Shown: piece by piece, positions 9,796-17,082 of the stretch
Position numbering within the stretch: position 1 is the first letter of the stretch
Layout of the letters: each line of letters opens with the position of its first letter
Made by a program: the position numbers and the translations under genes
Origin: Acidobacteriota bacterium
GTDB lineage: Bacteria; Acidobacteriota; Thermoanaerobaculia; Gp7-AA8
DNA length: 64,000 nucleotides
Assembly (NCBI GenBank): GCA_019244185.1
Contig: JAFATB010000014.1
Span: forward strand, 544,001-608,000
Reading direction: 5' to 3'
Notes under the pieces: generated by a model
Databases searched by the model: none
Told to the model about the DNA's origin: nothing
The model's input: the letters and a program-made list of their open reading frames with translations, nothing else

Positions 9796-10101
9796 ATGAT
9801 CGTCGCCGTCGCGCTGTTCGAGTTGCACATCGAGTACGCCGAGTCGCTCAAGGACAAGCGCATGGTCGTGCGCAGCGTGCGCGACAAGCTCCGCCGCCGC
9901 TTCAAGGTCGCGGTCAACGAGGTCGCGTTCCAGGATCTGCATCAGCGCGCGCGCCTCGCCGTTGCCCTGATCGCCGACCGCAACGACTCGGCAGACTCGT
10001 TGCTCGATACAATCCAGCGGTTCGTCGAGTCGAACACCGACGCGGTGCTCACCGGCTGGATCAACGAGAAGCTCGACTTCGACGAAGAAGCGGATCTATG
10101 A
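9796..10101 (+). CDS. DUF503 (YlxP-like) protein
   Basis: SLKDKRMVVRS...RRFKVAVNEV..QDLHQRA; canonical position between infB and rbfA. Confidence 0.9.
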   Translation: MIVAVALFELHIEYAESLKDKRMVVRSVRDKLRRRFKVAVNEVAFQDLHQRARLAVALIADRNDSADSLLDTIQRFVESNTDAVLTGWINEKLDFDEEADL

Positions 10102-10102
10102 A

Positions 10103-10537
10103 ATGAAGAAAACACGCAGAACGTCCCGCGTCGGCGAGAACGTGCGCGATGCGCTCGCCGCGGTCCTTCGCCACGATCTGAAAGGCGTCGACGTCGGCTG
10201 GTCGTCCATCAGCGAAGTCGAAGTCAGTCCCGATCTTCACTACGCCCGCGTCTACATGACCGGACTCGAGGAAGAGAAGACGAAGGAAGCCGTGGCCGCG
10301 CTGCGCAAGGCCGCCGGCCAGATCCGCCACGCCCTCGGCAAGCGCATTCACCTCCGCTACACGCCGGAGCTCGACTTCCGCTACGACGAGACGGCCATGC
10401 GCGCGCTGCGCATCGAGACCATCCTCCACGAAGTGATGCCGCCGAAAGGCGAAGACGCCGAACCCGAAAGCCCCGACGCGAATGCCGACGACGCGAATGA
10501 CGACCACGGAAACGACGAACCCGACACCGAATCCTGA
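10103..10537 (+). CDS. rbfA: Ribosome-binding factor A
   Basis: VEVSPDLHYARVY and LRYTPELDFRYD motifs; synteny. Confidence 0.95.
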   Translation: MKKTRRTSRVGENVRDALAAVLRHDLKGVDVGWSSISEVEVSPDLHYARVYMTGLEEEKTKEAVAALRKAAGQIRHALGKRIHLRYTPELDFRYDETAMRALRIETILHEVMPPKGEDAEPESPDANADDANDDHGNDEPDTES

Positions 10538-11498
10538 CGCCGCCGCGCGCGAGGTCGCCGAGCGCATCCGCGCCGGACGCAACTTCCTCATCACCTCGCA
10601 CCGCAATCCCGACGGCGACGCGCTCGGCAGCGGGCTCGCGTTGCAGGGACTCATCCGCAAGATGGGCAAGGATGCGCGCGTCGTCGTGCGCGACGGCTTC
10701 GGCAAGCCGCTCTACAACATCCCCGGCGCGCGGGAAGTGACGGTGAGCGACGTGCTGCCGCCCGACTATCCCTCCGCGTACGACGCGATCTTCACGATGG
10801 AATGTCCCGAGGTCGAGCGCACCGGCTTCAACGTGCTGCCCGGTCCCGCGGTCAACATCGATCATCACCTCGGCAATCGCATGTACGGCGAGATCAACTA
10901 CCTCGACGTCGACGCGCCGTCGGTCGGCGAGATGGTGCTGCAGCTCAACCGCAATCATCTGCAACTCGAGCTCGATCGCGACATCGCCATCGCGATGTAC
11001 GTCTCGCTCGCGACGGACACCGGCTTCTTCCGCTATCACAACACGACGTTGCGCGCGTTCGAAGCCGCGCGGGAGCTCGTGCGCCACGGCGTCGTCCCAG
11101 GAGACGTCTCGCTCTGGATCAACGAGAGCGTCACCCGCGGCTCGATCCAGCTCCTCGGCCTCTGCCTCACCACGCTCGAGATGCACGCCGGCGGCAAGAT
11201 CGCCACGCTCGAGCTTCCGCGGCGCTTCTTCGCCGACGCCGGCGCGACGCCCGAGGACACCGAGGGCATCGTCAACTACGGCCGCAACATCGAAGGCGTG
11301 CTCGTCTCCGCGCTGCTGAAGGAAGGCGACAACGGAACGACGCGCGTCTCGCTGCGCGCGAAGCCCGGCATCGACGTGCAGCAGGTCGCGGCGCGTTACG
11401 GCGGCGGCGGACACGCGGCCGCGAGCGGATGCACGATGCCGATGGCGATCGGTGACGCGAAGCGCGAGCTGGTCGCGATTCTTGCGGCGATCGTCTAG
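10497..11498 (+). CDS. nrnA: DHH/DHHA1 family oligoribonuclease/pAp phosphatase
   Basis: HRNPDGDALGS, NIDHH, TDTGFF and GGGGH motifs; follows rbfA. Confidence 0.9.
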   Translation: MTTTETTNPTPNPDAAAREVAERIRAGRNFLITSHRNPDGDALGSGLALQGLIRKMGKDARVVVRDGFGKPLYNIPGAREVTVSDVLPPDYPSAYDAIFTMECPEVERTGFNVLPGPAVNIDHHLGNRMYGEINYLDVDAPSVGEMVLQLNRNHLQLELDRDIAIAMYVSLATDTGFFRYHNTTLRAFEAARELVRHGVVPGDVSLWINESVTRGSIQLLGLCLTTLEMHAGGKIATLELPRRFFADAGATPEDTEGIVNYGRNIEGVLVSALLKEGDNGTTRVSLRAKPGIDVQQVAARYGGGGHAAASGCTMPMAIGDAKRELVAILAAIV

Positions 11499-11500
11499 TT

Positions 11501-11571
11501 TTTGAATTCGTTCAAATTTCTCCTTGACGCTGGCGAGCCACCGACTTACCTTACTTTTGAACACGTTCGAA
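11501..11571 (+). promoter_or_regulatory. Sigma70-like promoter flanked by two palindromic operators
   Basis: TTGACG (11524)-17 bp-TACCTT (11547); TTTGAA-TTCG-TTCAAA at 11501 and TTTGAA-CACG-TTCGAA at 11556. Confidence 0.7.
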
Positions 11572-11584
11572 AGAGAGGAAGCCA

Positions 11585-11983
11585 ATGCTCATAGTCACCA
11601 CCTACGCCGTCTACCTGGTCATCAGCATCACCGTCACGATCTGGGTCGCGCAGACGCTCCAGAAGCACGGGCGGGTGTTTCTCGTTGACTCGTTTCTCGG
11701 CAACGAGACGCTCGCCGACTCGGTCAACCACCTGCTCGTGGTCGGCTTCTATCTGATCAACATCGGCTACGTCTCGCTGGCGTTGCGAATGAGCGACCGC
11801 CCGGCCGACGCGGCGGAGGCGATCGAGCGGCTGAGCACGAAGATCGGCGTCGTGCTGCTGATCCTCGGCGTGATGCACTTCATCAACATCCGCATCTTCT
11901 CGTCGATGCGCCGCCGCGCCATCGAAGGCGCGCGTCCGCCCGTGCGCCCGCAGCAGTACGTCGTGCCGCCGGTGGAGGCCTGA
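11585..11983 (+). CDS. Small 3-TM membrane protein of unknown function
   Basis: RBS GAGAGGAA; three hydrophobic segments; LADSVNHLLVVGFYLINIGY. Confidence 0.85.
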   Translation: MLIVTTYAVYLVISITVTIWVAQTLQKHGRVFLVDSFLGNETLADSVNHLLVVGFYLINIGYVSLALRMSDRPADAAEAIERLSTKIGVVLLILGVMHFINIRIFSSMRRRAIEGARPPVRPQQYVVPPVEA

Positions 11984-11985
11984 CC

Positions 11986-12936
11986 GTGAAGATCGTCATC
12001 GCCGGCGGCTCGGGGCACCTCGGCCGCATCCTTACGCGTGCGCTTTCCGTTGAACACGACGTCGTCGTGCTGACGCGCGACGAGAACCACGCCGGCGTGC
12101 TGTGGGACGGCAGGACGCTCGGTCCTTGGTCGGCGGAGCTCGATGGCGCGGATGTGCTCATCAACCTCGCCGGACGCAGCGTCGACTGCCGCTACGACGC
12201 GGCGCACCGCGCGGAGATTCTCGCGTCACGCGTGGAGTCGACGCGCGTCCTCGGCGAGGCCATCGCCCGCGCGAAGCGGCCGCCGCGCGTCTGGCTGCAG
12301 TCGAGCACGGCCACGATCTACGCGCATCGCTACGACGCGGACAACGGCGAGGTCACGGGACGCATCGGCGGCAACGAGCCGGACACGCCGGAAGCGTGGC
12401 GCTTCAGCATCGAGGTCGCCGAGGCGTGGGAGCGCGCGTGCGATGAGGCGCGCACGCCGAGGACGCGGAAGGTGAAGCTGCGCACGGCGATGGTGATGAG
12501 CGCGGAGGAAGGCGGCGCGTTTCGCGCGATGCTGCGGCACGTTCGGCTGCGTTTCGGACGCTTCGGCGACGGGCGGCAGTACATGTCGTGGATACACGAG
12601 CGCGATTTTGTCGCCGCGGTGCGCTGGCTCATCGCGGATGACGAGGTCGGCGGCGTCGTGAACCTCGCCGCGCCGCATCCGCTGCCGAACGGCGACTTCC
12701 TGCGCGCGATTGCGAAGGCGTGGGGCACGCGGCTGGCGATTCCGACCGGAGGACTCGTGCTGCGATTCGGCGCGTGGCTGCTGCGCACGGAGCCGGAGCT
12801 CGTGCTCAAGAGCCGCCGCGTGGTGTCGCGGCGTCTGGCGGAGCGCGGCTTCCGCTTCGCGTTCACCGAATGGCCCGATGCGGCGCGCGAGCTCTGCGCG
12901 CGTGTGCGCGCCGGCGCGGAAGGGAGCACGTGGTGA
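11986..12936 (+). CDS. TIGR01777/DUF1731-like NAD-dependent epimerase (SDR)
   Basis: GGSGHLG, NLAGRS, SWIH and LKSRRV..RL..GF.F motifs. Confidence 0.9.
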   Translation: MKIVIAGGSGHLGRILTRALSVEHDVVVLTRDENHAGVLWDGRTLGPWSAELDGADVLINLAGRSVDCRYDAAHRAEILASRVESTRVLGEAIARAKRPPRVWLQSSTATIYAHRYDADNGEVTGRIGGNEPDTPEAWRFSIEVAEAWERACDEARTPRTRKVKLRTAMVMSAEEGGAFRAMLRHVRLRFGRFGDGRQYMSWIHERDFVAAVRWLIADDEVGGVVNLAAPHPLPNGDFLRAIAKAWGTRLAIPTGGLVLRFGAWLLRTEPELVLKSRRVVSRRLAERGFRFAFTEWPDAARELCARVRAGAEGSTW

Positions 12937-13346
12937 TCGACACTCTGTACGTGTTGTACGACGCGCGTTGCGGCATCTGCTCGCGCGTCCGCGCGTGGAT
13001 GCAGCAGCAGCCGGCGTACGTCGCGCTGGCATTCGTCGCCGCGGGCTCGGAGCGCGCGCGGCGGCTCTTCCCCGATCTCGACCACGACGCCGACCCGCGC
13101 GAGCTCGTCGTGATCACGAACGAAGGCGCGGTGTACGTCGACGACGCGGCGTGGCTGCTCTGTCTCTGGGCGCTCGCCGACTATCGCACTTGGGCGTTCC
13201 GATTCGCGCGCGGCCCGCTGCGGCCGCTCGCGCGCGTCGCGTGGCAACTGCTGTCGGAGAATCGCCGCGAGCTTGCACGTATCCTTGCGTTACGCAGTGA
13301 TGAGGAGGTGGCCCGTGAGCTCGAACGGCAGCCGGAGACTTGTTAG
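12933..13346 (+). CDS. DCC1-like thiol-disulfide oxidoreductase (DUF393)
   Basis: N-terminal VLYDARCGIC (DxxCxxC); GTG start overlaps the upstream stop codon. Confidence 0.88.
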   Translation: MIDTLYVLYDARCGICSRVRAWMQQQPAYVALAFVAAGSERARRLFPDLDHDADPRELVVITNEGAVYVDDAAWLLCLWALADYRTWAFRFARGPLRPLARVAWQLLSENRRELARILALRSDEEVARELERQPETC

Positions 13347-14283
13347 CGCCTTCGTCGCCGCGCTGTTCGTCGCCGCGGTGATCGACGGCCTGATCGCGCT
13401 GTCGACGGACATCGCGTACTCGTACGGTGTCGCGCTGTTTCTCCTCGTGCCGTTCGTCATCGGCTTCTCCACGACGGCGCTGCTCGCAATCACGGCTCCG
13501 CGCACGCTCGGCTTCTCGGTGCTGATCTCGCTGCTCAGCGGTGCCCTGGTCGTCTTCGGCATGCTGCTCATGCAGCGCGAGGGTCTCGTCTGTGCGCTGA
13601 TGGCGTCGCCGATCGGCATCCCGTTCGTGATCGGCGGTGCAGCGACGTCGTATGGCTTCTTCCACAAACGCCGCGTGCCGGGCGGAGGTACCGCGGCGAT
13701 CCTCGCGTTCGTGCTCGCCGCCGGTGCGATCGTGCTGGAGGCGTCGGTGCGCCGCGCGTCGTCGCCGGTCTACTCGGTCGCGGACTCGATCGTCGTCGAC
13801 GCGAGTCGCGCGGAGGTCTGGCGCACGATCGTCGCGCTCGGCGAGGTGCGTCCGGCCAAAGGCGATCTGCTCTTTCGCGCCGGCATTGCCTGTCCGCTGC
13901 AGACGCGCATCGCGCGCGGCAGCGTCGGCGGACTGCGCGTCTGCACGCTTACGACCGGCACGCTCATCGAGCGTATCGATGTCTGGCAGCCGGGCCAGCG
14001 GCTGGCGTGGCGCGCGCTGTCGACACCGCCGCCGCTGCACGAGCTCAATCCGTTCGGCGAAGTCGATCCGCCGCATTTGCACGGCTTCTATCGCAACATC
14101 CGCGGCGAGTTCGTGATCGAATCGCTCGGGCCGCGGCGCACGCGCGTCACGCGCCGCACGTGGTATCAGCACGACTTGTTTCCCGCCGCGTACTGGCGTA
14201 TCTGGTGTGACTTCGGCGCGTCGAAGATCCAGCGCTTCGTGCTGGAGGAAGTGCGGCGCCGCGCGGAGGGCTTGCCGATTTGA
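13315..14283 (+). CDS. Membrane protein with a C-terminal SRPBCC-like domain
   Basis: RBS GAGGAGG; about 5 TM helices, then SIVVDASRAEVW...ERIDVWQPGQRL. Confidence 0.75.
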   Translation: MSSNGSRRLVSAFVAALFVAAVIDGLIALSTDIAYSYGVALFLLVPFVIGFSTTALLAITAPRTLGFSVLISLLSGALVVFGMLLMQREGLVCALMASPIGIPFVIGGAATSYGFFHKRRVPGGGTAAILAFVLAAGAIVLEASVRRASSPVYSVADSIVVDASRAEVWRTIVALGEVRPAKGDLLFRAGIACPLQTRIARGSVGGLRVCTLTTGTLIERIDVWQPGQRLAWRALSTPPPLHELNPFGEVDPPHLHGFYRNIRGEFVIESLGPRRTRVTRRTWYQHDLFPAAYWRIWCDFGASKIQRFVLEEVRRRAEGLPI

Positions 14284-14957
14284 CGACGGAACGGGGACAG
14301 ACGGCGAAGGCGGAGGAGACGCGCGGGCGCATTCTCGACGGCGCGCTGCGTCTCTTTCGCGAGCACGGTTTCGCGGAGACGACGATGCGCGATGTCGCAT
14401 CCGAGGCAGGCGTGGCGACGGGAGCGGCTTACTACTATTACCGGTCGAAAGAAGATCTGGTGATGGCGTTCTACCTCCGCTCCGACAAGGAGGCGGGGGA
14501 GGCGTTCGCGAAGGCGATCGCATCGTCGAAGGACATCAAGAAGCGCATCCGCGGAATCATCGACGCGAAGTTCGCGCAGTTCGCGGAGCATCGCAGCCTG
14601 CTCACCGCGCTGCTGAAAGCGGGCGTCGATCCGCGCGATCCGCTCTCGCCGTTCGGACCGGAAACGAAGGAAGTGCGAGACGACAACATCGCGTGGTACG
14701 CGCGCGCCATCGAAGGCTCCGATCTCACGGTGCCGAAAGACGTCGCGCCATATCTGCCGCGGATGCTGTGGCTGTATCACATGGGCCTCATCTACTTCTG
14801 GATCATCGACGAGTCGCCGGGGCAGCGGCGCACGCAGCGGCTCGTCGATACGTCGCTCGATCTCCTCGTGCAGCTCCTGCGCGTCTCCTCGCTGCCGCTC
14901 ATGGGACCGCTGCGCAAGCGCGCGCTGAAAGTGCTGCGCGCGGTCGAGGAGGAGTGA
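14280..14957 (+). CDS. TetR family transcriptional regulator
   Basis: ILDGALRLFREHGFAETTMRDVASEAGVATGAAYYYYRSKEDL. Confidence 0.93.
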   Translation: MTTERGQTAKAEETRGRILDGALRLFREHGFAETTMRDVASEAGVATGAAYYYYRSKEDLVMAFYLRSDKEAGEAFAKAIASSKDIKKRIRGIIDAKFAQFAEHRSLLTALLKAGVDPRDPLSPFGPETKEVRDDNIAWYARAIEGSDLTVPKDVAPYLPRMLWLYHMGLIYFWIIDESPGQRRTQRLVDTSLDLLVQLLRVSSLPLMGPLRKRALKVLRAVEEE

Positions 14958-14974
14958 ACTATCATCCGCGCCGG

Positions 14975-15904
14975 ATGATGGAGCAGAAGAAAAGCGTCGA
15001 CGGCGTGGTGCTCGTCGACAAGAAAGCGGGCATCACTTCCCACGACGTCGTCGAGACGTTCCGGCGGCGCGCGAAGATCAAGAAAGTCGGCCACACCGGC
15101 ACGCTCGATCCGCTCGCGACGGGCCTCCTCGTGCTGTGCGTCGGCAAGGCCACGCGCCTGCAGGCGTATCTCATGGGGATGGAGAAAACGTACGAGGGCA
15201 CGATCCAGTTCGGTTGGGCTACCGACTCGTACGACTCCACCGGCACGCCCGCGGGCGAAGCGGTCGAAACGGATGTGACCCACGTCGACTTCGCGCCGCT
15301 CGTCGACCGCTTCCGCGGCGAGATCGAGCAGATGCCACCCGCGTTTTCGGCGAAGAAGATCGACGGCGTGCGCGCGTACGAGCTCGCGCGCAAAGGCGAG
15401 GAAGTCAAACTGCAGCCGAAGCGCGTGACCATCTACGACTTTGAGCTGCTGCGCGTCGACGGCTCGCGTCTCGATTTCCGCGTGCGTTCCTCCGCCGGCA
15501 CGTACATGCGCTCACTCGCGCACGACCTCGGCCAGGCCGCCGGCATTCCCGCGCATCTCTCCGCGCTGCGCCGCACCGCCATCGGCAACTTCCGCGTCGA
15601 CGACGCGCTGCCGTACGACCGCGCCGCCGAATCGAACCTCGACGTGCTGCTCGCGAAACCGCACTTCCAGTCGCTCGCCGAGATCGACCTGCCGCTCGAG
15701 AAGCTGCGCATCGACTGGCCGCAGCAAGCCCGCCTTATGCAAGGCCAGCCCGTGATCATGGTCCCGCGCGTCCCTGTCCGCAAAGGCGATCTCCTCGCCC
15801 TCGGCAATCCGCACGATCAACTCGTTGCGATCGCCGAGGTGGTGAACGTGCTGCGGGAGGGCGGCCCGGTCGAGGTCAGGCCGAAGGTGGTTCTGGCGGG
15901 GTGA
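14975..15904 (+). CDS. truB: tRNA pseudouridine(55) synthase TruB
   Basis: KVGHTGTLDPLATG, PPAFSAKKIDG and SAGTYMRSLAHDLG motifs. Confidence 0.96.
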   Translation: MMEQKKSVDGVVLVDKKAGITSHDVVETFRRRAKIKKVGHTGTLDPLATGLLVLCVGKATRLQAYLMGMEKTYEGTIQFGWATDSYDSTGTPAGEAVETDVTHVDFAPLVDRFRGEIEQMPPAFSAKKIDGVRAYELARKGEEVKLQPKRVTIYDFELLRVDGSRLDFRVRSSAGTYMRSLAHDLGQAAGIPAHLSALRRTAIGNFRVDDALPYDRAAESNLDVLLAKPHFQSLAEIDLPLEKLRIDWPQQARLMQGQPVIMVPRVPVRKGDLLALGNPHDQLVAIAEVVNVLREGGPVEVRPKVVLAG

Positions 15905-16232
15905 GGGATTCGAGTTGTTCGAGGAGTTGCGGCACGGACACGGTGGCTGCTTTCCAGACGATATCCAGATTGATCGCGAAGTAATCGTGCACGAGCCGGT
16001 GCCGCATGCCGATGATGTCGGCCCACGGGATCTCGGGATGCGCGTCGATGAACGCGCGCGAGATGCGGCGCGCGGCTTCGCCGATGCTCTGGATCGCATG
16101 AGTCAGCGCAAATTGCAGCTTGACGTCGTCGTCGAGGCGCTCTCTCGTGGCGCCGGCGACGAGCGTCATCACGACGTGCGACAGATCGCGAATGTGGCCG
16201 AGAAAGACGCTGTCGTCAGTCCTGTTCGACAT
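15876..16232 (-). CDS. HepT-like (DUF86/HEPN) ribonuclease toxin
   Basis: IGEAARRIS...PEIPW..I.GMRHRLVHDY (RX4H motif followed by Tyr). Confidence 0.9.
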   Translation of the reverse strand: MSNRTDDSVFLGHIRDLSHVVMTLVAGATRERLDDDVKLQFALTHAIQSIGEAARRISRAFIDAHPEIPWADIIGMRHRLVHDYFAINLDIVWKAATVSVPQLLEQLESLTPPEPPSA

Positions 16233-16536
16233 ACTCGGGAATCGCCTCGCCGAGGACTCCGGCGCGCACCCAGCGGTTAATGCCGTCGAACGTGCCGAGG
16301 TCGACGCGCCGGCCGCCCAGGATCTGTGAGAGCTCGTTCGGGATCGTGCCGAAGAACTCCCAGCCCGGAATCCGATCGGGTTTGAACTCCACCAGCACAT
16401 CCACATCGCTCTCCGGCCCGAAGTCGTCGCGCACGACGCTGCCGAAGAACGAGAGCTTGCGGATGCCCCACTTGCGGCAGAATGCCGCGATCTCCTCGTG
16501 GGGGATTGGGATGGCGAGGGAGCGGGTGGCGGCCAC
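16216..16536 (-). CDS. MntA-like minimal nucleotidyltransferase antitoxin
   Basis: FGSVVRDDFGPESDVDVLVEF (GSx10DxD); overlaps the HEPN gene. Confidence 0.9.
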   Translation of the reverse strand: MAATRSLAIPIPHEEIAAFCRKWGIRKLSFFGSVVRDDFGPESDVDVLVEFKPDRIPGWEFFGTIPNELSQILGGRRVDLGTFDGINRWVRAGVLGEAIPEYVEQD

Positions 16537-16563
16537 GGGGGGATTTTAGCGCGGCGGGCGGGA

Positions 16564-16592
16564 TTGATTTCGGCCCGAGCCGCTGTTATGGT
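16564..16592 (+). promoter_or_regulatory. Putative sigma70 promoter of rpsO
   Basis: TTGATT-17 bp-TATGGT with an extended TG. Confidence 0.55.
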
Positions 16593-16654
16593 GTCGCGTC
16601 TTACAGCGATACGTGTATTCAGGCAACGGTTTCAACCTCTACAGGAGACGGATT

Positions 16655-16924
16655 TTGTCGACCACCAAGGAGCAGAAGTCAAATCTCATCAACCAGTATC
16701 GGGTCCATGACGCCGATACCGGATCGCCAGAAGTGCAGATTGCACTCCTCTCGAACCGCATTACCTACCTCACCGAGCACTTCAAGAGCCACACGAAGGA
16801 TCACCATTCGCGTCGCGGCCTCCTGAAGCTGGTCGGGCGGCGCCGCCGTCTTCTGGACTATCTCAAGAAGACCGACGTGGAGCGCTATCGCTCGATCATC
16901 GACAAGCTCGGCATCCGTAAGTAA
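16655..16924 (+). CDS. rpsO: 30S ribosomal protein S15
   Basis: RBS AGGAG, TTG start, 89 aa; [12 protein letters not shown] and [23 protein letters not shown]. Confidence 0.97.
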   Translation: MSTTKEQKSNLINQYRVHDADTGSPEVQIALLSNRITYLTEHFKSHTKDHHSRRGLLKLVGRRRRLLDYLKKTDVERYRSIIDKLGIRK

Positions 16925-16936
16925 AGCGATCCCTCT

Positions 16937-16970
16937 TCGGGGCGGGCTTCGGCCCGCCCCGACTGTTTTT
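16937..16970 (+). terminator. Hairpin/terminator between rpsO and pnp
   Basis: TCGGGGCGGGC-TTCG-GCCCGCCCCGA then CTGTTTTT. Confidence 0.7.
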
Positions 16971-17082
16971 CAGGCTCGGAGCCTGCAGCAAAATCCCACC
17001 GGCCGGATCCCATCATTCGGCCCCAAGCGGACAAATCAACAGCACGCGGTGATGAGTGGTCGCGTGCCACCGAAGGAAATCA

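Noticed and set aside
14207-14974. Apparent 565-aa N-terminally extended TruB, and the 489-aa ORF at 23396
   Set aside because: The extensions overlap real genes in another frame (TetR; the membrane protein). The true starts are near 14975 and 24197.
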